Assembly: GCA_937888935.1 (NCBI GenBank)
Contig: CALARO010000166.1
Location: 1-35,946 of the forward strand
DNA: 35,946 bases
Direction of reading: 5' to 3'
DNA from: an uncultured Clostridia bacterium
GTDB lineage: Bacteria; Bacillota; Clostridia; Christensenellales; Borkfalkiaceae
Shown here: piece by piece, positions 10,301 through 17,348 of the stretch
Layout of the letters: each line of letters opens with the position of its first letter
Position numbering within the stretch: position 1 is the first letter of the stretch
Translations under genes and position numbers: made by a program
Notes under the pieces: model-generated
Told to the model about the DNA's origin: nothing
Database searches by the model: none
Seen by the model: only the letters and a program-made list of their open reading frames with translations

Positions 10301-10534
10301 ATTGATTTTAGTGGAAGTCAGTCGGTAATACTTACTGCTGATAAATCAGGTATTTACAAATTATCGTTTGTGGATTACGAACAAGGTTCGTTCTATTATT
10401 ATATCGATGATGAGTATAATGATGAAGCGGAAATTGTACTGTCGGCAGGCGAGTCGGTGGAGATATATCTGCAAACCACGAAACTGACAGAAGATTATTG
10501 CTACCTTAAAGTGGAATTCAGTTCCGTGGCATAA
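7319..10534 (+). CDS. Large surface lipoprotein with repeated beta-sandwich segments and three tandem prealbumin/CarboxypepD_reg-like domains
   Basis: AAAGGAG RBS. Lipobox CAGFSA|C. Short GEKGDKGDPGEIG stretch. Three tandem repeats of the pattern V.VKL.....V..G.T...G.A.....G.Y.IE (aa 611-845, nt 9149-9853). Recurring ..YF+F.......G.Y.L.F beta-sandwich-like motifs. Confidence 0.8.
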   Translation: MKKRKALSALLVAFAATCVCAGFSACKKDKGSNDSEIYRVYQSYVASAEASGEEPLSYEDWLASIKGEKGDKGDPGEIGIGIVSITLAEDRKSYIVKYSDGSSEAIPVPEALPEQEHGHVWGDKIVRVVEPSISVGSSGSISKVDGFGYKECTKDGCGARKIVILRDFSGSMSSSAVYRLKFIVREKDGVQVADDISASLPKGAYSFKIKSLDANVQIAEGENNPVGLFERSVSSDESAISLKFQLDCEKVSKAGVYECDIDVEIESLEIGAEKNPEPISVNSLVQREAAADEWVYFRVGSSSDSDSLPKHPVLHFGDNVSAELVGYVEQVEDESTGKYFNSYVPFEVPEKLESGKPAESAFSYSTTQIIYRVKSSDGNIAFKLAHAAGEDSSSAEVIQVKSSESEESYKGKSAIGEKYFRFTAAKSEKVVFYRKEVVAEGYGGGAQISYANASIIKPDGSIDVSGKYTVFEVVAGQSYIIDISSIPEADGYEFKLFSLGEDESAYEGYSESSAIDISDKSSFEISDGAGNRYFKYVVPQKGRFSLDFENEAFIGRIEIAIGDDLAYYSYPDEKFKEQLLPAGTVVNIAVSTISSSYKLKIDYYQLAEVENSIQLVNAGGKALALKGVTVKLTDDDSNVVQGVTDEKGIAKISFVPGNYYVSLDGYDKESYVYESSSIELPSDSAIYDKGETPYKVTLVEYLSKTFVVKSGDQVISGAKVKLMQSGSVVKSGDTGADGKVLIEKFLDGNYDIEIEGLSDSYIYLGSKLEIGNDQSEIVLQVSDAVIYSISFEGEDKPGEGVVVKLIGAEDKVFGSGVVGADGKASVKSIAGVYSIEVEGFIVISGETSESETSAVASVQKIKNVTAGRTSKPGKVELGACIVSKGSGSSSARCVCVYFEAPKAGIYKFVVSDSTFHSGIYSYTSNGASAYTGEIEKGTDASGKVISLQVKLSKGECFEFGFNSLTLNSILVQEVEEEEKPEPVKNLKVGDNYVKIDFSGSQSVILTADKSGIYKLSFVDYEQGSFYYYIDDEYNDEAEIVLSAGESVEIYLQTTKLTEDYCYLKVEFSSVA

Positions 10535-10576
10535 GCCATAAAATAACATTACACACACAACCAAATCATCTTGTTA

Positions 10577-10606
10577 AATCGCGGCGATTATTCGCCGCGA
10601 TTTTCC
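10577..10606 (+). terminator. Rho-independent terminator
   Basis: Perfect 11-bp stem AATCGCGGCGA / TCGCCGCGATT with loop TTAT, followed by TTTT. Starts 42 nt after the stop at 10534. Confidence 0.75.
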
Positions 10607-10690
10607 GTGTATAACATTCTTCAACTCGTCCGTGCAAACGCCGTAATTTCCCGCCCCAAAAAAATTTTTCACTTTTTTCCCCGTTTTTTA

Positions 10691-10719
10691 TAGACTTTTT
10701 TCTCAACAAGTATTATAAT
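10691..10719 (+). promoter_or_regulatory. Probable sigma-A promoter of the YitT-family gene
   Basis: TAGACT, 17 nt, TATAAT (10714-10719), preceded by A/T tracts. Followed by a GGCGTT...AACGCC hairpin in the short leader. Confidence 0.45.
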
Positions 10720-10790
10720 ATTCTTCGTGGCGTTGTTTCTAAGCGAAACGCCGCTCAATCATACAACAAACGAGAAAAGAGGACGAATTT

Positions 10791-11741
10791 ATGTCGCAAC
10801 AGCAAGAACAAAAAACAATAGCGCAATCTCAGCCGCCGCTCACGCCCGAAGAATTAAAAAAGCAGCGCCTGCAAACGCTGAAAAAGGTACTCGTCAAAGT
10901 GGGTGCAATCGTACTCGGCGCGCTGCTGTATTCCATCGGCGTAGAGTGCTTCGTATCGGATAACGGCTTCGTATCGGGCGGCATCTGGGGCGTTGCGCTC
11001 ATGCTCGAACGGCACACCCCGCTGTCAGACGGCGGCTGGATTATCATTTTAAACGCGCCGCTGCTTTTGCTTTCGGCGATTTTTCTCGGCTGGCGTTTCA
11101 CGGTATACACGTTTTTGTTTATCGGCGTGCAGTCGGGCATATCCCTTTCGTTCGCGCACGGGTTAATCAATATTCCGAGCTTTAAAGACGACGTTTTGTT
11201 AGCGGCGATCGCGGGCGGCGTGATTATGGGTACGGGCATGGCGCTTTGCTTAAAGGTGGGCGGCAGCAGCGGCGGCACCGACATTTTAAGCGTGCTGATA
11301 CAGAAAAAAAATAATTCCATCAACGTGGCGTGGATTATCTTTTTTCTCAACGCCATGGTCATCGGCGCGTCGTTTTTCGATTTCAACGACGGTCTGCGCC
11401 CCGTGATTTTGTCGCTGATACTCGAATTTGTGGTATCGAAAGTGGCAGACGTGATTTTGAGCGGCTTCCAGAGCGCGATCCGCTTTGAAATCGTCACCAC
11501 GCACGGCGAAGAAGTGCAGGACGCCATCGTGAATAAGCTCGGGCGCGGCGCAACGGTGCTTGAAGCGCGCGGCGGGTACACCAACGAGCCGAAAACGGTG
11601 CTTGTGTGCCTGATTCACAAGCGGCAGATCACGGCGTTTAATAAGAAAATTCACGAAGTCGATCCCGACGCGTTCGCCTATATATCCTGCGTTACTTCGG
11701 TGCGCGGCAAAGGATTTTCCGATTATGACGATATAAATTGA
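10791..11741 (+). CDS. YitT-family integral membrane protein (YitT membrane domain plus C-terminal DUF2179-like domain)
   Basis: AAGAGGA RBS. Multiple TM helices. GGSSGGTDIL motif characteristic of the YitT family. Soluble C-terminal domain: GRGATVLEARGGYTNEPKTVLVCLIHKRQITAFNKKIHEVDPDAFAYI. Confidence 0.8.
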   Translation: MSQQQEQKTIAQSQPPLTPEELKKQRLQTLKKVLVKVGAIVLGALLYSIGVECFVSDNGFVSGGIWGVALMLERHTPLSDGGWIIILNAPLLLLSAIFLGWRFTVYTFLFIGVQSGISLSFAHGLINIPSFKDDVLLAAIAGGVIMGTGMALCLKVGGSSGGTDILSVLIQKKNNSINVAWIIFFLNAMVIGASFFDFNDGLRPVILSLILEFVVSKVADVILSGFQSAIRFEIVTTHGEEVQDAIVNKLGRGATVLEARGGYTNEPKTVLVCLIHKRQITAFNKKIHEVDPDAFAYISCVTSVRGKGFSDYDDIN

Positions 11742-11803
11742 TTGTTGAAATCGAAAAAACAAATCATAGGGGCAAATTCCATAAAAATTTCACATTAAAA
11801 CAC

Positions 11804-11832
11804 TTGCGTTTTAGTGGGTTTTGTATTATAAT
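11804..11832 (+). promoter_or_regulatory. Sigma-A promoter
   Basis: TTGCGT (11804-11809), 17-nt spacer, TATAAT (11827-11832). Confidence 0.65.
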
Positions 11833-11851
11833 ATTTGCATAAAAATGCGCA

Positions 11852-11870
11852 AACTATCTTTTAGATAGTT
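11852..11870. promoter_or_regulatory. Perfect 8-bp inverted repeat (operator-like) between the promoter and the RBS
   Basis: AACTATCT-TTT-AGATAGTT at 11852-11870, about 20 nt downstream of the -10 and 29 nt upstream of the ATG at 11899. Confidence 0.4.
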
Positions 11871-11898
11871 ATGCAGACTTTACACAAGGAGATCCGAA

Positions 11899-14800
11899 AT
11901 GAGAAGAAGAGCAAAATATTTTCTGCTTGTAGTACTCTCACTCATATTTACGGTGTGTTCGTGCCTTGCAATCGCGGGTTGCAAGAGAAAGAACGAAACT
12001 TACGGCAGCGAAGAAACCATTGCGCCCCCTGCGGGCGATTCGGTAGTAGAACGCCGCGTCACCGTGCTTACGCCCGACGGCGATCCGCTCGGCAGGGTGG
12101 AAGTGCAGTTATTTCTTGCAGACGAAAGCGAGGCATATTGCGGCGCGAAGACGGGATCGGACGGCGTTGCGATTTTGCGCGCGGGCGAAGGGCTTGACTT
12201 TTTGATCGAGATTGTTAATCCGCCGGAAGGCTACGAGTATTCGCAGCGGGTGGAACTCAACTCTTCGGACGAAAGCAAAACGGTGTATTTAAGCATAGCC
12301 GGAGCGGGCGAATTGAGTTATTCCGTCACGGTGAAATCGGAAGGCGGCTTGCTGATGGATAATATATCCGTGGTGCTGCACGACGGCGATACCGCGATTT
12401 CTTCGGGCGTAACGAATAAAACGGGCGAAGTCTCGCTTCGCGTAGCCGCGAGAAGAGAATATACGATCACGCTTGCGGGCGTACCCGAAGGTTACACCCC
12501 GGTGGGCGAATTGAAAACTTCCGCCGAAAAGGATCAGACGATCGTTCTGAAATCGGCGGTTATGCCGGCTTCTTCGATTCCGAGCAGCAAGTTGTACGCG
12601 ATGGAAGACATTATGTACGATTTCACGGTGATCACGTCGGACGGCGACTCGTTTACGCTTTCGGAAGCGTTGAAAACGAAGAAATTGGTGCTGATCAATT
12701 TCTGGGCGTCGTGGTGCGGACCTTGCCGCGGCGAATTCGACGATATGGAACGCGTGTACGACGAGTATAAAGAAGACGTGGCGATTATCGCGCTTTCCAC
12801 CGACGACGACATCAATGCCGTAAAGAAATACAAAGACGCATATAAATTCAAAGACGATGAAAACGATCCAAATGCGGAAGAACGCGGACTTACGTTCGGC
12901 ATGGCGCCCGATTCGGTGGGGTTGTATTCGAGATTTTCGAGATATTCCGGCGGATCTATTCCCGTCAACGTGTTTATCGATCGTTACGGCAGAATCAGCG
13001 ACATTGGCAAAGGCGGACTTTCCGAAAGCGTATTCCGCACGGAATTTGCGAAATACACCGCCGCCGACTACGTGCAAAAGAAGTATACGGGGGCGGATGA
13101 CGCGCCTGTGGTAGAGCCGGACAAACCGGACGTGGAAATGCCTTCTTCCGAAGCGATTTCGAATGCGGTGAATAGTGCGAATTTCGAGGCTACCTACACA
13201 GGCCCTTCAAATGAGATAACGTGGCCGTGGATCATCGGTTCGGACAACGAAAGTATTGTTCCCGGTAATTTGGGACATCACAATACAACGGCAACGATTC
13301 GCGCAAAATTCAGTATGCAGCCGGGGCAGTTTCTTGCATTTGATTATCGGCTGAATACCGAAGATATCGACGGCGCAGACTATTTGTACGTGTACGTTGG
13401 CGAAGGCGACGGCACCGTAGGCGAAACGCAACTCGATGCGCTCACCCGGGTTTCGAAAAACTGGGTAACGAAGTACGTGTATACGCCGCTTGTGGCAGGC
13501 GATTATACGCTGCGTCTTTCGTACGTAAAAGATCATAGCGATTCCAATCTGAAAGGACAGGAAGTTGTGGCAATCCGCGATCTTCGCGTGGTAACGGAAG
13601 CGGAAATCAAAGAGAAGAATGCTTCCGTAAATATCCTTCGTGACGCTTCTTCCGATTTTGAGCAACCCGCGCAGCAGACAGGCAGCATATCTTACTGGAA
13701 GAAACACGTGGAAGTCGCACTCGGTGACGACGGCTATTATCACGTAGGAAGCAAAACGGGTCCGTATCTTCTTGCAAATCTGACGGGCGGAACGCATTAC
13801 ACCAACGCTTCCGTGGCGGCTTTGATTTCGGCAGGGTATTTCAAGCGTGCCGGACTCGAACAAGTCGAGGCGTATTTTGTGGGTGGCACAAGAGATAGTG
13901 CAAGCTATGTGGAAGACGGTAAAGGGTATGTCTGGCTTGCGGACGCGAGTGCCGTTCAGGGATATACGCTTGTAGACGAAACGTTGAAGAGCCTGTTGAA
14001 TCAGGTGGCGCAGAACTTCTATACGACGAAGAATTTCGACGGGAATGGAACGCTCAGCAAATATTATACGAAAGATACATGGCTTGAATTTTGTTCATAC
14101 TTCGATCACTACGGCGCAGGTAAATCGATAGAAAACCCGTTACTCGGACTTTGTAATAGTGCGGCGATCGAGGCTTCGCTGGATGACGGCAAGAAAACAA
14201 AACCCAACCACGTAGTCATTGATCAGTCGCTTATTCCTCGCGGAAAAGTGTATAAATTTGACTGCACGAAGACGGGTGCGTATAGAGTTTATTCCGATAT
14301 TTCGTCTACTATGCTTTCTCAGACGGGCGGCTATATAGATATCTCGGGCAGCGGCGCTAACAGAGGCGATGACGCGATGGGCAATTATAACGTGTACGTC
14401 ACATTCAGGGAAGGTAATAGCTATTATATCTCAACGGCATTCAGTTTGCCGCAGGATTTCGGCGAATTTGATTTTTATATCGAATATCTCAATACTTCTT
14501 ACGATGAGTTTACCTACGCATCCGATGGCTCGTATTTCTATTCGTATAATCCGGACGGCTCTTTGAATATTGATATTTCCCGCAATCACGGCGTTCATGC
14601 GGAACTTGGCACCGACGGATATTATCATCAGGTACTTTCGGGCAATATTCTGGATAGCGGAGAACATTCCTATTTCTGGGTAGATTTGCGTAACAGCACG
14701 AATTTGTTCGGAAGTTATACGCTCGAAGACATGGCTCGCGGTTACTATATGAACGGTAATCAAAAAGTGACTGTCGTTGTTGATAAAACGGGGCGGAAAT

Positions 14801-15030
14801 TCTTCGATCTTACGAGTTTTGGCGATAAAGATTATAGTGACGATATTCTCGCTTATGCGGCTCAGACTGAAACGGAGGGCGAGCGGGCAGGTATGATTAA
14901 AGCAAGTAAAGAACTTGTAGAGATTGTTTCGAAGGCTCTTGCCCATATAGAACACGATTCAAAAGATTCTTGGTTCGGCGTGGCGTATTACTACTCACAC
15001 ATCGGCGAATATTCGCCGCAGAAGGCATAA
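11899..15030 (+). CDS. Multidomain lipoprotein: 2x prealbumin-like domain, TlpA/redoxin-type thioredoxin fold (WCGPC), jelly-roll-like region, 2x DGYYH...W-x4-YY module
   Basis: AAGGAG RBS. Lipobox LAIAG|C. Thioredoxin signature KKLVLINFWASWCGPCRGEF, with Cys codons at 12715-12717 and 12724-12726. PEGY-terminated prealbumin-like repeats at about 12052-12243 and 12316-12507. Confidence 0.85.
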   Translation: MRRRAKYFLLVVLSLIFTVCSCLAIAGCKRKNETYGSEETIAPPAGDSVVERRVTVLTPDGDPLGRVEVQLFLADESEAYCGAKTGSDGVAILRAGEGLDFLIEIVNPPEGYEYSQRVELNSSDESKTVYLSIAGAGELSYSVTVKSEGGLLMDNISVVLHDGDTAISSGVTNKTGEVSLRVAARREYTITLAGVPEGYTPVGELKTSAEKDQTIVLKSAVMPASSIPSSKLYAMEDIMYDFTVITSDGDSFTLSEALKTKKLVLINFWASWCGPCRGEFDDMERVYDEYKEDVAIIALSTDDDINAVKKYKDAYKFKDDENDPNAEERGLTFGMAPDSVGLYSRFSRYSGGSIPVNVFIDRYGRISDIGKGGLSESVFRTEFAKYTAADYVQKKYTGADDAPVVEPDKPDVEMPSSEAISNAVNSANFEATYTGPSNEITWPWIIGSDNESIVPGNLGHHNTTATIRAKFSMQPGQFLAFDYRLNTEDIDGADYLYVYVGEGDGTVGETQLDALTRVSKNWVTKYVYTPLVAGDYTLRLSYVKDHSDSNLKGQEVVAIRDLRVVTEAEIKEKNASVNILRDASSDFEQPAQQTGSISYWKKHVEVALGDDGYYHVGSKTGPYLLANLTGGTHYTNASVAALISAGYFKRAGLEQVEAYFVGGTRDSASYVEDGKGYVWLADASAVQGYTLVDETLKSLLNQVAQNFYTTKNFDGNGTLSKYYTKDTWLEFCSYFDHYGAGKSIENPLLGLCNSAAIEASLDDGKKTKPNHVVIDQSLIPRGKVYKFDCTKTGAYRVYSDISSTMLSQTGGYIDISGSGANRGDDAMGNYNVYVTFREGNSYYISTAFSLPQDFGEFDFYIEYLNTSYDEFTYASDGSYFYSYNPDGSLNIDISRNHGVHAELGTDGYYHQVLSGNILDSGEHSYFWVDLRNSTNLFGSYTLEDMARGYYMNGNQKVTVVVDKTGRKFFDLTSFGDKDYSDDILAYAAQTETEGERAGMIKASKELVEIVSKALAHIEHDSKDSWFGVAYYYSHIGEYSPQKA

Positions 15031-15043
15031 TAAATTTGTTTTT

Positions 15044-15070
15044 CCGGAAAGGCGACATCCGTCTTTCCGG
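15044..15070 (+). other. Intercistronic stem-loop without a downstream U-tract
   Basis: CCGGAAAGGCG / CGTCTTTCCGG (11 bp including one G-U), loop ACATC, flanked by TTTTT and GAAAAAA. Lies between the stop at 15030 and the RBS of the 15103 gene. Confidence 0.5.
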
Positions 15071-15102
15071 GAAAAAACAAGATAAAAAAGAGGTGAACTA
15101 AC

Positions 15103-15510
15103 ATGAAAAAAATAACGAAAATTCTTGCAACGATACTTACGGCGGCGTTGCTTTGCGGCGGCGCGGCTACCATGGCTTCCTGTTCGCGAAAGAACGACGA
15201 TCCCGCCGCAAACGAACAGGTCGATTATTCGCAGATCAAAGCTTATAAAGTGAAAGTGGTTGATCCGGACGGCAAACCCGTTGCGGGCGTAAGAGTGCAG
15301 ATCTGCAAAGGCGAGGATTGCATGCAACCTATCGCAACGGGTGCGGACGGCGTGGCTGTGCTTGAATATAAAGGCGCGGCGTACCCCGAAGCTATTTACG
15401 AAATTCATTTGCAGAATGTACCCGATGGGTATACTTTCGATAATACGAAATATAAAACTCCCGCAACTTACGGCGACATTATCGAAGTGAAGTTGGATAA
15501 AGCCGCATAA
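15103..15510 (+). CDS. Small lipoprotein consisting of one prealbumin/CarboxypepD_reg-like domain
   Basis: AAGAGGTGA RBS. Lipobox ATMAS|C. YKVKVVDPDGKPVAGVRVQICKGEDC...ADGVAVLEY....YEIHLQNVPDGYTF matches the repeats in the neighbouring large lipoproteins. Confidence 0.8.
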   Translation: MKKITKILATILTAALLCGGAATMASCSRKNDDPAANEQVDYSQIKAYKVKVVDPDGKPVAGVRVQICKGEDCMQPIATGADGVAVLEYKGAAYPEAIYEIHLQNVPDGYTFDNTKYKTPATYGDIIEVKLDKAA

Positions 15511-15527
15511 ATTTCATTAAAACCAAA

Positions 15528-15558
15528 AGCAGGCAACCGTTCGGCTGCCTGCTTTTTC
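15528..15558. terminator. Bidirectional rho-independent terminator between convergent operons
   Basis: AGCAGGCAACCG / CGGCTGCCTGCT stem with one mismatch. Flanked by AAAA on the 5' side and TTTTT on the 3' side, so it presents a U-tract on both strands. Confidence 0.75.
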
Positions 15559-15576
15559 TATACATTTTCTTAGCCT

Positions 15577-15614
15577 GATATTTCCGATAAATCCGGATAT
15601 TGCCGATAAATCCG
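15577..15614. repeat. Tandem direct repeat, 2 x 19 nt
   Basis: GATATTTCCGATAAATCCG followed by GATATTGCCGATAAATCCG (one mismatch), at 15577-15595 and 15596-15614. Located in the 3' untranslated region of the minus-strand operon. Confidence 0.9.
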
Positions 15615-15641
15615 TCGGAAATGTAAAACGAAAATCGTAAT

Positions 15642-16214
15642 TCAAATCAGTTTTTCGATTTCCGTCTGCAATTCCGTAAGGGTGATGCTGCCCTGCTTGA
15701 TAAAGCGGATAATGCCGTCGCCGTCGGCGATCCCCGTCATGGGGTACGACCCCGCCCCGCCGAGACTGTCGTACAGGTGAAAGCTTTCGGTGTCCTGCGC
15801 GAAAGAAATCACGTAATCGGGGAATTTATCTTCGAGAAACGCCTGCTTATCCACGTCGGTATCCGCCGAATAAGAGTGCAGCGCCACGATTTTCACTTTC
15901 TCGCCGTATTCGCTCTGTACCGCGTTGAAGTCGGGCAATTCTTTCAGGCACGGACCGCAGGTGGTGTACCAGAAATTCAGGATCATCACCTTGCCTTTCG
16001 CGCTTTTCGGCGTAAACACGCCGCCTTCGGGATCGGCTTTCGTGCGATACAAAACGGCGTCGAATTGCGGACACGCGTCGCCCGTGCCGTACACGGAAAT
16101 TTCCTGTTCTTTCTTGCAGGCGTTGAAATACACAAGCGTTCCGATCAGCAAGATTGCCGCCAACGCCCAGGCCGTCACTTCCGCCCAGAAAGAAGCCTTC
16201 ATTCGCTTTTGCAT
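15642..16214 (-). CDS. Membrane-anchored TlpA/ResA-type thiol-disulfide oxidoreductase (thioredoxin fold, CGPC)
   Basis: ATG at 16214, 7 nt after the GGAGG at 16226-16222. The TTG at 16220 in the ORF track was rejected. N-terminal TM anchor WALAAILLIGTLVYF. KVMILNFWYTTCGPCLKELP with the CxxC at 15948-15959. The start is 2 nt after the upstream stop. Confidence 0.85.
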   Translation of the reverse strand: MQKRMKASFWAEVTAWALAAILLIGTLVYFNACKKEQEISVYGTGDACPQFDAVLYRTKADPEGGVFTPKSAKGKVMILNFWYTTCGPCLKELPDFNAVQSEYGEKVKIVALHSYSADTDVDKQAFLEDKFPDYVISFAQDTESFHLYDSLGGAGSYPMTGIADGDGIIRFIKQGSITLTELQTEIEKLI

Positions 16215-16216
16215 AC

Positions 16217-17317
16217 TCAATCCTCCTTGTTCCCCGTAATGTCGTTCGGCTTTACAGCCGGCTGTACGGCGTTTTGCGAAACGTTTTTAGAAGCGTTTTG
16301 CGCCATGCCCCGCAGATCCACGCGCTCGGCGGGAACGGGCGCGGCAATCGCGGCGGCGTTTTCTTCCGTCACGTTCTCGCGCACGAAAATTTTCGAACCT
16401 TTCCATGAAATCGCCTTCGCGGGGCAGACCTTCATGCACGCGCCGCAATGAATACATTCGTGATCGCCCACATGCCGGATATCCATCTTGCACACGGCTT
16501 TGCATAAACCGCAGTCGGTGCATTTGGTTTTATCGAGCTTCACGCCGAGCATCGCCACGCGGCAGAAAAACCCGTAAATCGCGCCCAGGGGGCAGAAAAA
16601 CCGACAGAAAAACCGGAAAATAAATACGCTCAGCACGATAAACGCGATCAGCAGCAGAAATTTCCAGGTGAAAAGTCCGCCGAGCATGCCGTACATGTCG
16701 GCGTTTTTTTCGTTGGAAATCAGTCCGATGCCGCCGAGCAGCGTGCCGGAAGGGCAAATGTACTTGCAAAACGCCGGAACGCCCGTCTGATACATCACAG
16801 GGATGGAAATCACGAGAACTACCAGAAGCACGTATTTGAAATACGAAAATACGCGCGTTACTTTGCTTTTCTTCACTTTCGGCGTCTTGATTTTATACAG
16901 AAGCTCTTGTCCTAACCCGATGGGGCAGAGAAAGCCGCAGATCGTTCTGCCGAGCAGCAGTCCGAAAAGAATAATGATGCCGAAAATATACGCGGGGGTA
17001 CGCGTTTTTGAAGAAGCGAGCGCATTTTGCAGCGATCCGAGCGGACACGCCCCGATCGCGCCGGGGCAGGAATAGCAGTTAAGACCGGGCGCGCAAAGGT
17101 ATTTGCTGTTTCCCGTGTAGATTTTCCCCGAAGTAAAGCCTTTCAGGTTGGCGTTGAAAAGCAGCGCGGAATACAGCTGAATGATTCTGCGCTTCGAAGG
17201 CAGATGGTTTTTAATCCACCGCCCCGTTTTCACCGCGGCGGTTTTCACCCCCCGACCCGTCGCCGCGAAGGCTTTTTTAATTTTAGCGAAAAAATTCGTT
17301 TTTTCAGTAGATTTCAT
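16217..17317 (-). CDS. NapH/MauN-like integral membrane polyferredoxin (4Fe-4S binding protein with CX3CP motifs)
   Basis: Three CX3CP motifs at helix ends (CGFLCP, CKYICP, CRFFCP) plus CYSCPGAIGACP. C-terminal two-cluster ferredoxin signature CTDCGLCKAVC...CIHCGACMKVCP (nt 16421-16522). Four or more hydrophobic helices. Confidence 0.8.
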   Translation of the reverse strand: MKSTEKTNFFAKIKKAFAATGRGVKTAAVKTGRWIKNHLPSKRRIIQLYSALLFNANLKGFTSGKIYTGNSKYLCAPGLNCYSCPGAIGACPLGSLQNALASSKTRTPAYIFGIIILFGLLLGRTICGFLCPIGLGQELLYKIKTPKVKKSKVTRVFSYFKYVLLVVLVISIPVMYQTGVPAFCKYICPSGTLLGGIGLISNEKNADMYGMLGGLFTWKFLLLIAFIVLSVFIFRFFCRFFCPLGAIYGFFCRVAMLGVKLDKTKCTDCGLCKAVCKMDIRHVGDHECIHCGACMKVCPAKAISWKGSKIFVRENVTEENAAAIAAPVPAERVDLRGMAQNASKNVSQNAVQPAVKPNDITGNKED

Positions 17318-17348
17318 AATGTTTTCCCGTAATCGCTTTATATCGTAA

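Noticed and set aside
10727-10963. 78-aa ORF overlapping the YitT-family gene start
   Set aside because: Arg/Ala-rich alternate-frame translation. The 10791 frame has a RBS and the family motifs.
15004-15017. Perfect 14-nt palindrome GGCGAATATTCGCC
   Set aside because: It lies inside the coding sequence (HIGEYSP) near the end of the 11899-15030 gene and has no flanking regulatory context. Probably fortuitous.
15577-15614. Possible CRISPR or iteron array
   Set aside because: Only two abutting copies with no spacers, and no cas genes. Kept as a simple tandem repeat.
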